DNA from: Leptospira sp.
GTDB lineage: Bacteria > Spirochaetota > Leptospiria > Leptospirales > Leptospiraceae
Direction: 5' to 3'
Assembly (NCBI GenBank): GCA_034439575.1
Contig: JAWXAQ010000002.1
Span: forward strand, 211,640 to 275,639
Length of the DNA: 64,000 nt
Of this stretch, positions 30,273 to 40,119 are shown piece after piece (position 1 is the first letter of the stretch; each line of letters begins with the position of its first letter). The notes under the pieces are model-generated. The model was not told the DNA's origin and did no database searches. It was given only the letters and a program-made list of their open reading frames with translations. The translations under genes and the position numbers were made by a program.

Positions 30273-33200
30273 ATGCTTAAACGAGGGCTCTTTCTCTTCG
30301 TTTTAATTCTATCCGTGTTGGTTGTTGACTGTTCAAAAAAGTCAAAATCGGCACCATTCTGGTTTTTGCTTGGTGCGGGTGGCGCTGGAAATGCCTCTGA
30401 TAGCGCTGGCAATTCTGAAACTGCGAATGATTCAAACGGTGTAGCCTTACCCGCTTCCAACGAATCCGTAACGACTGCTTCTTCCGGCGAAGTGCCATCA
30501 AACTCAGCTGTCCAAGAAGTTCCGACTTCGGGACCTGCCAATGTTGTGGGCACTATCCAAGCGACAGTTTCAGGAATTCCTGCTACTGATGTTTGTGGAT
30601 TCCCTAGTGCCCCTGCGGCACCAAATTGTTTGGATCTCACCCAGATACAAGTTCGCATCGAAGTCGCAAATGGTGGAAATTATACTCTCGTGGCATCAAC
30701 GAATGCGAATTCCGATGGTAGTTTTTCCTTTTCTATCGATGACCTTCCTAACAATAATTACAGAGTCTTAATCAATAATGGCAATGGCTTAAATTATACG
30801 TACCAAGACTTTACTTTCGTTTTTGATCCGACACAATCTGGATCCACACTCGTAGATGTAGGAGTATTATATGCAGAAAGATTGTACTATACTTCTGGCC
30901 CCGCGAGCATTTCGGGAAGTGTTTCTACGACTGGTTTTTCTGGAGATGGAGTTAGTGTTCCCAGCGGAAGTTTAAGCGGTCTCACCGTAATCATAAGAGA
31001 TAACGAAGGAAATACGGTCGCAACAACTACCACTGCTGGTGATGGGACCTATTCTTTTAATATTCCAAATTTACCTAACGGAAATTATACTGTCGTTTAT
31101 GATGGATCTACGGTCAATGCGAGTGGTCAAAACTTCGCTACAAATTCTGATACGATTCATTTTACATTTCAAGGAACAAATCCATCTACGACCACAGTTG
31201 TCAATTTAGGGGACTCAAATCTTCCTTGGCTTGCCGCTACTGAAAGTAATATCACTCTCAATGGTTCTGTAAGAAACGGTGCAGTCGCTAATGATAATTC
31301 CACTGTATTTACAATCAAACTAAAGAACGAGCAAGGCGCAATTGTAGATACAACAAGTGTTAATGGAAATGGATCCTTCCAACTTTCTGCTTCTGGTTTG
31401 CCTGCTGGTGTGTATTATATCGAAGTATCTGGACCGAATTTTTTTACCGTCTCTCAGTCCTTTCTTTTTTCTCCAGCCCCAGATGGTGGAAACAAAACAG
31501 TCACACTTGGAACACCGATTGGTATTGTTGCAAGACCTTCGAATGTCGTGGGTTATGTGAGAGATGGAAATGGTTCGCATGTTTCTGGTTCAGTGATCAA
31601 TTTCCGACCTGATAGAACACAACCTCCATCCAATTTAGTATATCTTCTGAATGACCCACAAATTGGCAATGGTGTCAAACTTTGGATCATAGAAGCTATG
31701 AGTGGAGTTGCCGGAGTTAATTGTGCTACTAATCCTGCCGCCTCGCCAACGATCTGTTCTTGTGCTTTAGCACCGACGACAGCTTGCCTTTTGACCTCGC
31801 AAGGATCAGGTCCGTGGAATTATTCCACTTGGGGCAACAAAGTATATGAGGTTCGGTCGACTGACAGCCAAGTGTATTTTACCGCAGCGGCTGGTACTTG
31901 GTCTTATTATATTTCTGCACCAGGTTTTGAAAATTGGTGCAACGGAAATGTTTCGCCTTGTTCTTCCAATCCACTAACAATTGTTCTGAATGGAAATGAT
32001 TTTAATGCGGGCAATATTTCTATGACTTCCATAGACAATCGTGCACAAATTGCAGGAACCATAAGTGTCAGAGATACAGCTCCTTCAAATCCTAACATTC
32101 ACAGTAATCAATCTGGACTATTTGTCGTCCTACTAGGAAACACTACAACAACTGGATCTGCACTTGCTCATATTGCAGTGACATCTGGTGGAGCTTATTC
32201 TTTCAATGGATCTTCTTATGTTGTGACATTACCTGCAGGATTAACATCTGACACACAAAGAGTTGGTTATGCGCTCCAAACCCTAGCTTCTGGCGGAGCA
32301 TCAACTCTCGCTAATGCAAATTCTATCGCGATTGATGATGATGTGACTGCATCTGTCACAGTGAGCAATGGAACTCAGTATAACTTCCGTCAGTCTTCTT
32401 ACCAATTGATCGTGGTTGATACAACTGTTTCTAGCCCAAGAGCGAGTTACCTTTCTCCAACCTCTCTTAGTTTAGATATTTCCTCTGTAGCTACAAACCA
32501 ATTCGCTACAACACCAGTGACTTATAATCACAACGGCACAGCAGTTCACAATGTGAGAGCGACTGTTGGTGGTACGGTAACAGATGCTATATCGACCTCA
32601 CCAGTTTCTGGTGCGACATTGACTCTTGGAAGGTTTGATGGTGGCAATTTCATCGCGGATGTTCGTCGAGATTGTTCTGGTGTATTTGATAATACGTCTT
32701 GTTCCGTGGCAAGTGTTCGCCAATCAGGCCAAGACCAAATCATCGGTTCACTCACTTCGGCAGCAAATGGTAGTTATGCATTCCAATTCGTACCTCAAGG
32801 CTCATATAGTTTACGAATTGAAAAAAACGGTATCGTGACTTATTTCCCTGTGGAAGTGGGTTCATCTGGCGGATCAATTTCTGTCAATACACCTATTATC
32901 ACAAATACAGGACGTGGTCATTTATCAGGCTCTGTCAAAACACCGGGCGGATTTGCCTTCTCTGGAACTTATTCCTTGGAAGTTGTAGATCCAAATACTG
33001 GACTCATTCGACCAACAGCTGGAGTTCAACCAGCATCCATTGCTACTGGATCAACTAGCTTTACCAATGCGAGCCAGTACACAATTTTTGATATCAATGC
33101 GGGTCGTTGGAAAGTCCGATTTGTGGCAAGTGGTTATAAAACTGTAGAAGGTATCGTGGACATCCAAGCTGGGGCCACAACAAATTTTGATATCATCACT

Positions 33201-33998
33201 TTTGTTCCAGGAACCCAGACTCCAGGTGCGATTTCGGGACGAGCACTTTCTGCCCTTTACAATACTGGAGTTTGTGATCTAACAGCGCGTATCCGACCAG
33301 GGGTAAATGTGAAGTCTGGTCCTTATGCCATCGATGAAAATGGAGCTACCATCGCAAGTGTCAAAACCGCAACTGATGGATCTTATGCGATTCCAAATGT
33401 TCCACCTGGCAATTACACATTGGAGGTTTCTGGCTCTGGCAAAAGAGGGAATTGTACAAGTTCTTTAGAACTTTATTCAACCACCTATCGCACTGTAGTG
33501 GCTGCTGGGTCTGAGACTCCATCAAATCAGAATATTTTGGTTTCTCCAGTTCTTGGTGATAATGAAATGCGAGTTGTCCTTTCCTGGGGTGCCTCACCAC
33601 GAGATATTGATTCACACCTCCAATATAGCGCGACTGACAGTGGTTCAAGAATCGTTTGGAACCGTAAAGCGCCTTTAGGTGTTAGCAACGGAGAACTTGA
33701 TTATGATATCACAACGGGTTATGGACCTGAAACGATTAGTCTAAAAGGATCCATTTGGTCGCAACAAGTTCGTTACTATTCACTCTACAATTGGTCGGGC
33801 GAAGCGAACATGGGCATATCAGGTGCTAACGTTAGAGTTTTTAAAGGTTCGATTGGAGAGGTTAGAAATTATTCTATTAACCCGAATCACTCAAACCGTT
33901 GGTGGAAAATATTCTGTATTTCGTCTGATAAAATCATAACAGATGTCGGGAGTGCTGGTTGTAGTGCGTCTGGCTTCTTAGAAAGAACAAAATACTAG
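30273..33998 (+). CDS. Large surface lipoprotein with carboxypeptidase-regulatory/CnaB-like repeats and C-terminal YfaP-like domain
   Basis: Lipobox VLVVDC; repeated T..DG.Y.F..LP.G.Y motifs; VVLSWG...DIDSH...LDYDITTGYGPETI. Confidence 0.8.
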   Translation: MLKRGLFLFVLILSVLVVDCSKKSKSAPFWFLLGAGGAGNASDSAGNSETANDSNGVALPASNESVTTASSGEVPSNSAVQEVPTSGPANVVGTIQATVSGIPATDVCGFPSAPAAPNCLDLTQIQVRIEVANGGNYTLVASTNANSDGSFSFSIDDLPNNNYRVLINNGNGLNYTYQDFTFVFDPTQSGSTLVDVGVLYAERLYYTSGPASISGSVSTTGFSGDGVSVPSGSLSGLTVIIRDNEGNTVATTTTAGDGTYSFNIPNLPNGNYTVVYDGSTVNASGQNFATNSDTIHFTFQGTNPSTTTVVNLGDSNLPWLAATESNITLNGSVRNGAVANDNSTVFTIKLKNEQGAIVDTTSVNGNGSFQLSASGLPAGVYYIEVSGPNFFTVSQSFLFSPAPDGGNKTVTLGTPIGIVARPSNVVGYVRDGNGSHVSGSVINFRPDRTQPPSNLVYLLNDPQIGNGVKLWIIEAMSGVAGVNCATNPAASPTICSCALAPTTACLLTSQGSGPWNYSTWGNKVYEVRSTDSQVYFTAAAGTWSYYISAPGFENWCNGNVSPCSSNPLTIVLNGNDFNAGNISMTSIDNRAQIAGTISVRDTAPSNPNIHSNQSGLFVVLLGNTTTTGSALAHIAVTSGGAYSFNGSSYVVTLPAGLTSDTQRVGYALQTLASGGASTLANANSIAIDDDVTASVTVSNGTQYNFRQSSYQLIVVDTTVSSPRASYLSPTSLSLDISSVATNQFATTPVTYNHNGTAVHNVRATVGGTVTDAISTSPVSGATLTLGRFDGGNFIADVRRDCSGVFDNTSCSVASVRQSGQDQIIGSLTSAANGSYAFQFVPQGSYSLRIEKNGIVTYFPVEVGSSGGSISVNTPIITNTGRGHLSGSVKTPGGFAFSGTYSLEVVDPNTGLIRPTAGVQPASIATGSTSFTNASQYTIFDINAGRWKVRFVASGYKTVEGIVDIQAGATTNFDIITFVPGTQTPGAISGRALSALYNTGVCDLTARIRPGVNVKSGPYAIDENGATIASVKTATDGSYAIPNVPPGNYTLEVSGSGKRGNCTSSLELYSTTYRTVVAAGSETPSNQNILVSPVLGDNEMRVVLSWGASPRDIDSHLQYSATDSGSRIVWNRKAPLGVSNGELDYDITTGYGPETISLKGSIWSQQVRYYSLYNWSGEANMGISGANVRVFKGSIGEVRNYSINPNHSNRWWKIFCISSDKIITDVGSAGCSASGFLERTKY

Positions 33999-34014
33999 AA
34001 TGAAAAAAATGGAA

Positions 34015-34042
34015 ATCTTGGGAAAGTAATCTTTCCCAAGAT
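34015..34042 (+). terminator. Intrinsic terminator
   Basis: ATCTTGGGAAAG-taat-CTTTCCCAAGAT followed by T-rich sequence. Confidence 0.75.
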
Positions 34043-34183
34043 ATTTTATTTCTAAAAAATATAATAAAATTTTGATTAAATATTAAATAAATCTTTATAT
34101 CCGCATATCTTATTATAGTTAATTCAATTGTTTACTATGCTTTTTCAAACGTCTCTTGCACAATACATGAATATCATTTTAAT

Positions 34184-34975
34184 TCAAATATCATAATATA
34201 CGATTGCTCGATTTTTGCTAAATGTTACTGATAAATTTAAATCATAAAGATCGGAAAGATGTTTCTCTGTGAGCACATCCATTTTATTTCCACTTGCGAG
34301 TAATTTGCCTTCTCTGATAAGGATGACTTTATTAAAATTTTCGGGAATCTCTTCGATTCTATGAGTGATCAAAATGCGAGTAAGGTTCTGATTCTGGCTT
34401 TTTAAGACACTCAAACTTTTCTCAAAATCATATCTTGCTGTTAAATCGAGAGTCGCGGTAGGTTCATCAAGAATTAGTATTTTTTTGTTTTCACCTAATG
34501 CACGTAAAAGTAAAATTTTCGTTTTTTCGCCCGAAGAAAGGCTCGTATACAATTGATCTTTTTTTAATAAAAGTCCGAGTGATCTAAGCTTATCTTCTGC
34601 AAGTTTAATTTGTTCATTTGTGACTTCGCGATACAAGCCGATCGTATTATGAATCCCTGTAATGACGACTTCCAAAGCTGTCAAATTTCTTTGCAGGAGC
34701 TGTTCTTGGTGAGAATTTTGTAAAATTCCTATTTGGTCTTGTATGGGTTTGATTGCTGTAGTGCCATATTCTTCACCTAATACGAATATAGTGCCAGATG
34801 TAGGCCAAATATATCCATAGAGTAGGTTGATTAATGTGGTTTTCCCTGCACCATTTCGCCCAACGATTGCTACACTGTCACCTTCATGGATTTGAAAGGA
34901 AACGTTTTGTAAAATCGGAGTTTGATTTCTATAGTAATTTACATCCTGGAAACGGATGATTTCATTTGTTGGCAC
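34184..34975 (-). CDS. ABC transporter ATP-binding protein (ModF-like)
   Basis: GRNGAGKT Walker A, LSSGE signature, LILDEP, ITH. Confidence 0.9.
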   Translation of the reverse strand: MPTNEIIRFQDVNYYRNQTPILQNVSFQIHEGDSVAIVGRNGAGKTTLINLLYGYIWPTSGTIFVLGEEYGTTAIKPIQDQIGILQNSHQEQLLQRNLTALEVVITGIHNTIGLYREVTNEQIKLAEDKLRSLGLLLKKDQLYTSLSSGEKTKILLLRALGENKKILILDEPTATLDLTARYDFEKSLSVLKSQNQNLTRILITHRIEEIPENFNKVILIREGKLLASGNKMDVLTEKHLSDLYDLNLSVTFSKNRAIVYYDI

Positions 34976-36434
34976 TTTTGTAAAGAGTCTCGACTTTTTT
35001 TACAGCTTTTGTAAAAGTTTCAACATCATCTAATCCAAATTTTGCGAGAAGGTTTTTATCAATCGCATAAAATCCTTTTTTGGACTCTTGAAAATCACTC
35101 ATCATATTTGCCATATAAACGATTTCTACTAAGTCGCGAAGGTCTGCTGGTGCCATAAATGGTTTATGGTGGTATTCGATCGCCACACGTAAGTCAGCCG
35201 GGAATTCCCATTTTTCCGCGAGTAAGGCACCAAGTTGTGGGTGACTGAGACCAATCGCCATCTCTTCTAATAAAGTTGAGTTACCAGAATCAGAGCCCCT
35301 TTGGAAAGTTTCAATTTTTTTAAAGAAAGAGCGATCTACAGATAACAATAAAAATTTACCGATGTCATGAAGAAGTGCGCTCACTGCGATAATATCAGCT
35401 AATTTATTTGTAACAGTGTGGTCAGTTGCAAGGTATCGTGCATAAAAACTGCAACGATTGGAATGATCCCAAACATCCATCATTTTGCCGTATTGGCCGT
35501 CCATAATCTTACGAACACCAGAAACATATAATAAGTTACGTAAATTTTTGAGTCCTACAACTTTGATTGCTTGTATAATTGATCCCACCTGACTACGGTT
35601 AGCAAAAAATGCGGAGTTTGATAATTTTAATAAATCGGCAGATAGTGCCGGATTTTTTTCTATTTCACTGGCGATCATATTGAGATCTGAATCCGGATTG
35701 TTACACAATTGGATGATCTTTGTGAGAGAATGCGGAAGTGGTGGTAAACCATCTATCTCATTCAATATTTTCGTTTTGAGAGTCGTTGTGATTTCCAGAG
35801 GAGTTGTAATTTCTGGAACACTTAGTGTTGCTCGTGTTAGCTTGTCATTTGTATGAATTCTAAAACGATCTGAACCAATTCCTGAATTTTTAAGCAATAG
35901 TTGAATAAGGACGAGACCAAGACCTGCTGATTCTGTGCTATCGGAAACATCAGCAAATGCATCAGAAAGATCATTATAATTTTTAGCGACTTCTATGCGT
36001 TTGTTGACGCGAGCCAATTCTTCTGTTGTTATGGGTGCATTGTTTTCAACGGCGAAGTGAATGTTTTTTCCTTCAACTTTCATAAGCAAACTGATATAAA
36101 AATTTCCACCATCCAAATGCGCCAATTGTTCATTCCATTTTTGAATGATGTTTTCTTGGAAATGCGCCATCCCTTTGATATAGTCTTTTGGGTTTTGGAT
36201 ATCGAGATTTTCGCGCGTGAAATAATCACGTTTGGCATTTGCCTTATTGGCATTCATCAAAAGTTCTTTTAGGACGGTAAAGACAACTTCAACTAGATAT
36301 AATTTATCCATATAGCCCATAACATGGACGAGAAGGGCGTATATTTCTTGGTTTTGCTCTTCGGTAACGAAGTAGTAATTGATCCGAGATTCTTTGGAGG
36401 TTTCTAATTGAGAGATAATTTCCTGAAAGTTCAC
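34962..36434 (-). CDS. HATPase-like + HDOD domain signalling protein
   Basis: ELLMNANK and SAGLGL boxes; LPPLP...LLKLSNSAFF...WDHS...LLHDIGK...HPQLG...WEFP HDOD motifs. Confidence 0.85.
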   Translation of the reverse strand: MNFQEIISQLETSKESRINYYFVTEEQNQEIYALLVHVMGYMDKLYLVEVVFTVLKELLMNANKANAKRDYFTRENLDIQNPKDYIKGMAHFQENIIQKWNEQLAHLDGGNFYISLLMKVEGKNIHFAVENNAPITTEELARVNKRIEVAKNYNDLSDAFADVSDSTESAGLGLVLIQLLLKNSGIGSDRFRIHTNDKLTRATLSVPEITTPLEITTTLKTKILNEIDGLPPLPHSLTKIIQLCNNPDSDLNMIASEIEKNPALSADLLKLSNSAFFANRSQVGSIIQAIKVVGLKNLRNLLYVSGVRKIMDGQYGKMMDVWDHSNRCSFYARYLATDHTVTNKLADIIAVSALLHDIGKFLLLSVDRSFFKKIETFQRGSDSGNSTLLEEMAIGLSHPQLGALLAEKWEFPADLRVAIEYHHKPFMAPADLRDLVEIVYMANMMSDFQESKKGFYAIDKNLLAKFGLDDVETFTKAVKKVETLYKSANK

Positions 36435-36480
36435 TGATACAATTCTTCCTTAGTAAATCACTCTTGTAAATTGATAAAGA

Positions 36481-36507
36481 TGTTCGGCAATAGAATTATT
36501 TTTTTTA
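36481..36507 (-). promoter_or_regulatory. sigma28 (FliA)-type promoter
   Basis: Minus strand TAAA-N15-GCCGAACA upstream of the HDOD gene. Confidence 0.6.
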
Positions 36508-36568
36508 ACCAATCCTTGAGATTTGTCCTAGTACCAATGCATAATTGATTCTAGAAAGGAGCAAATGT

Positions 36569-36790
36569 ATGCAAGTCAAACAGAACAATGAGAATTATAA
36601 AGCGAGTCTAAACGAGGATGAGAGAGAGAAACTGCACTTACTTATGGAAGAACGCTTAGAAAAAATATTAATTTCCATAGGAGAGAAGAAGGAAAAGAAA
36701 AAGTTAATGGGTGCAAGTTTCAGAAAACCGGCAAATCAGGAAAAAGCAGTATGGAATCTTAGCGAAATTCCTATACTTTTCGGAGCATAA
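36569..36790 (+). CDS. Small hypothetical protein
   Basis: 73-aa ORF with AAGGAG RBS, filling the intergenic gap. Confidence 0.55.
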   Translation: MQVKQNNENYKASLNEDEREKLHLLMEERLEKILISIGEKKEKKKLMGASFRKPANQEKAVWNLSEIPILFGA

Positions 36791-38206
36791 TCAAAAAAAC
36801 CATTTTCGAAACGTCTCATCAGCGATTGCATCGGGAAATTCTTGGAAAGCCCTTTCCCACATTGCCAATGTAGTAGATTCGGGAAATCCCTTAGCTTCAC
36901 TTAAAGATGGATAGTAAGATTTATGGTCTATTTGTTTTTCAGATTCTAACAAACCGCTTGGCACTTCATTTAAAGAAACAATAGAAAGACCTTTTTCATT
37001 TTCCCAGAGTTTATCCCAGGCTAGTTTATTTTTCCCTTTTTTCCCCACATACAAATTTGTATGATTTAATTTTTCCCAAGTATTCTTTCGATTAACAAAT
37101 GGTAAACGGTAGCTTTCATAGCCAGTACCTTTGCAATGAGACTTGCCTTTCTCATCTTCAAAACTTATACCAGACAATATTAATTTTTTAGCTCCTGCAA
37201 ATTTAGCCAAAGATTTTGCCATACCTCCTAAGTTGAGACTAGGATTTTTTAAACTTGGCCAATGTTCTTTTAAATTGTAAGTTATCAACTGATCCATGGG
37301 AAAATCAGTATTGATGATAAAAAGAGGATTTGGCAATGAGAATATATATGAGGAACCACCAAACCAAGTGATGATTGGAATTGTATCTGGAATTTTTGGT
37401 AAAAAATGATACAAGGTTCCGCGACCAGAGTCTATCGATAAGATGAAATCGGGAAGGATACCTTCTGAAATTACATATTGCGTAGCGGTATCACTTGTAA
37501 TGATAATGAGTTTATCTCTGTATTTTTTTAATTTTTGAATTTCCGATTCCAAAGTGGGACTTGCCCCGACAAAGACAACTGTTAGCTGTGAAAAATTTAA
37601 TTTAGTTAATAGGTTAATTCTTATTCTATTTGACTCAAGTTGTGATATATTTTTAAGATAATTTTGTGTCCAAATCCTTCGGAAATAATTTTTAGTTTGC
37701 GAATTGACATTCGAATTACCCTTAGAAATTGAATTTAAAAAATCTTTGAAATTTTCTATTTCTTTGGGAACAATACGAGTATGGCCAGGGAAAATCAAAG
37801 TTTCGATTGATGCTCGTTTGGTGGACAATAGAAACGATTTAATTTGATCCGGCCAAATTTTCGAATCAAAAGAATTAAGTATCAGAAATGGGACATTTCT
37901 TTCTGTTAGATGATTACATATACTCTGAAATTGTTTTTGAAATTCAATTTGGTTCGCGATTTCAGATATCGGTTCCCAAAATATCAAAGGAGGTAATGAA
38001 TCATTTTTTAGTTCTAATAGGGAATTTAAATGATGAAGGGCACCGAGTCCCACAAAACAAAGAATATTTTTTTCTGAAATTTGTAGTGAAGATACAAATC
38101 GCGATCCTTCCTTTGCAGGATCGAATCGCGAATGTAGATAAAATTGAAGATTGGGATTGTAGAAATTAGAAAGTTTGTGATCTGAAAAAACTGGTTCGAA
38201 TGAAAT
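36791..38206 (-). CDS. Motility-associated factor (Maf)/MptE-like protein, probable ATT start
   Basis: YLHSRFDPAKEG, VGLG, VGASPTL, SDTA and PDFILSID motifs; frame open 51 codons above GTG 38053 to ATT 38206 behind GAGG. Confidence 0.7.
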   Translation of the reverse strand: MSFEPVFSDHKLSNFYNPNLQFYLHSRFDPAKEGSRFVSSLQISEKNILCFVGLGALHHLNSLLELKNDSLPPLIFWEPISEIANQIEFQKQFQSICNHLTERNVPFLILNSFDSKIWPDQIKSFLLSTKRASIETLIFPGHTRIVPKEIENFKDFLNSISKGNSNVNSQTKNYFRRIWTQNYLKNISQLESNRIRINLLTKLNFSQLTVVFVGASPTLESEIQKLKKYRDKLIIITSDTATQYVISEGILPDFILSIDSGRGTLYHFLPKIPDTIPIITWFGGSSYIFSLPNPLFIINTDFPMDQLITYNLKEHWPSLKNPSLNLGGMAKSLAKFAGAKKLILSGISFEDEKGKSHCKGTGYESYRLPFVNRKNTWEKLNHTNLYVGKKGKNKLAWDKLWENEKGLSIVSLNEVPSGLLESEKQIDHKSYYPSLSEAKGFPESTTLAMWERAFQEFPDAIADETFRKWFF

Positions 38207-38217
38207 GGAGAAACCTC

Positions 38218-38697
38218 TTAGTCTTCTTCCTCTTCTTCTACTACTTCAGCATCATCATCAAAATCGTCTTCATCATCATCGTCGTCTTCTTCCTCTTCTT
38301 CTTCAGCTTCATCACCAAACTCGTCTTCGAATCCGTCTTCATCGAGTGATTCTGGTTTGCGTGCTTCTTCTTCAGGAATAAAATCTTCATCTATATCTTC
38401 TTCTGCATGAGGGGCAAAAGAAGTACCTTGAGTCGAAGAAACACCTGCGATTTTGTCTTTTTCTTCTTGGATTTTATCTCTTTCCTCTTTAGAAAGATAT
38501 TTCCACTGAATCGAATTGTTAGTTAAGGCATAAAGTGCTTGTACTGTCAGCTTACGATTTTTAAGCTTCTTAGGAAGGGTGATTTTATCGATTTTGTCGA
38601 TGGCACCGAATCCAGCGACACAGGTTTCGTATATTTTTTCACGGCAGAGTTCAATTAAGGATACGATGTCGAAGTCTTCTTTGTTCGGTTGGCTCAT
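38218..38697 (-). CDS. RNA polymerase omega-like protein with long acidic tail
   Basis: LIE..EKIYETCVA...KLTVQALYALTNNSIQWKY resembles RpoZ; D/E-rich C-terminal third. Confidence 0.45.
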   Translation of the reverse strand: MSQPNKEDFDIVSLIELCREKIYETCVAGFGAIDKIDKITLPKKLKNRKLTVQALYALTNNSIQWKYLSKEERDKIQEEKDKIAGVSSTQGTSFAPHAEEDIDEDFIPEEEARKPESLDEDGFEDEFGDEAEEEEEEDDDDDEDDFDDDAEVVEEEEED

Positions 38698-38829
38698 GTA
38701 TTTAATTCCCCAGGGATAGGAATGGAATGTTACGCCAGTTTGGTAGAAACGCCTCCCGTGTCAAGGGAAAGATTTAAAACGGACTTTACAGCCTCGTTCT
38801 TTACCCGATGATGGGATCAAAGACACCTA

Positions 38830-39423
38830 ATGGGACATACAATTTTCCCCGCCTTCTTATCATTCTGTTTACTTGCCTTTGGTCAATGTGCCCCATCTAA
38901 ATCTTCATTTTTTGGAGAAATGGAGTGGAAGGCAGTCGGGATCGATGGAAAGAACATAAAACTTTCCGAATTGCCAGTCGACCTTATCGCGATCAATGTA
39001 TATTCGCCTGACTGTGTTCCATGTTGGAAAGAAATTCCTACTTTGAACTACTTAAACAAAGAGATTCGAGAAAAATACAAAAATCAGGTTTTATATTTAG
39101 CCGTTGATCCTTACCAAATGGTTCCAGATCTTGCTTCGGATGCGAGTTGGGGGGAGGCTTTTGGAAAAGCGAAAGTGAGAATGGAAAAAGAAGCCAAAGA
39201 TCGCAACATTGAACTCACACTTCTTTTTATGATGCCACCATTTTCAGTCAATGAAGGAAATTTCATCACGGGAACACCTGAAACTTTGTTATTGGAGAAT
39301 CGCCCTTTGCGTCTATATTATAATTTTATAGGTTCCCTATCTGAAGAAACGGATTTAGATAAAATTATTAAGGATCCTAAGGTAAATTTTTTCAAACACC
39401 AATTTGGTATGCATTCGAAATGA
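38830..39423 (+). CDS. TlpA-like thiol-disulfide oxidoreductase lipoprotein
   Basis: Lipobox AFGQC; CVPC active site; TPET cis-Pro loop. Confidence 0.8.
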   Translation: MGHTIFPAFLSFCLLAFGQCAPSKSSFFGEMEWKAVGIDGKNIKLSELPVDLIAINVYSPDCVPCWKEIPTLNYLNKEIREKYKNQVLYLAVDPYQMVPDLASDASWGEAFGKAKVRMEKEAKDRNIELTLLFMMPPFSVNEGNFITGTPETLLLENRPLRLYYNFIGSLSEETDLDKIIKDPKVNFFKHQFGMHSK

Positions 39424-40109
39424 GAGCTTTAATTGTACGTTTTCTTGATTGTGAAGGTCCAGGAATTTTAGAACCCATACTTCGAGAAAAAGGATACCGC
39501 ATAAGTTATCATAATGCGTATGACAAACGTTTGACGCTTATGCCCGAAGCACATTTGAATTTTTCTTTGATCGTTCTTATGGGCGGACCGATGTCAGTGG
39601 CAGATGAATCCGTCGATCCTATGCTTTCTCCTTATATAGAACTTGTGCAAAATGTATTAAATACAAATGGCCGTAAACTAATTGGAATTTGTCTTGGTGG
39701 GCAAATTATAGCGAAAGCATTGGGTGCCAGAGTAAATAAAGGTGATAAAGGCCCAGAAGTAGGTTTTTCACAGGCGAAGATAGTGGATAAAAATGATCCC
39801 ATATTTTCTGGAATCCATGAGGAAGAAATCCAAGCCTTTCATTTGCATGAAGATTTGTTTTCATTGCCAGAAGGCGCAAAGCTGTTGCTCGCTGGGGATT
39901 TTTATCAAAATCAAATGTTTTCTTATAAATACAAGGCTTTTGCTTTTCAAACTCATATCGAACCAACATTAAATATGTTAAATGTATGGTTTGAATTTCA
40001 TAAGGATTTTATATCCAAGGGCAAAGGAGATTTTTCTAATGTTTCTGAAAAACAACAGAACATGGAATCCTCCGCTAAAATTATATTTCGCAATATTCTA
40101 AATATCTAA
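39420..40109 (+). CDS. Type 1 glutamine amidotransferase
   Basis: MGGPMS, GICLGGQ, FQTHIE catalytic triad. Confidence 0.9.
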   Translation: MRALIVRFLDCEGPGILEPILREKGYRISYHNAYDKRLTLMPEAHLNFSLIVLMGGPMSVADESVDPMLSPYIELVQNVLNTNGRKLIGICLGGQIIAKALGARVNKGDKGPEVGFSQAKIVDKNDPIFSGIHEEEIQAFHLHEDLFSLPEGAKLLLAGDFYQNQMFSYKYKAFAFQTHIEPTLNMLNVWFEFHKDFISKGKGDFSNVSEKQQNMESSAKIIFRNILNI

Positions 40110-40119
40110 TGGAAAGATT

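Noticed and set aside
38218-38400. TCA/TCT/TCG trinucleotide repeat array
   Set aside because: Explained by Asp/Glu codons of the acidic tail; not an independent repeat element.
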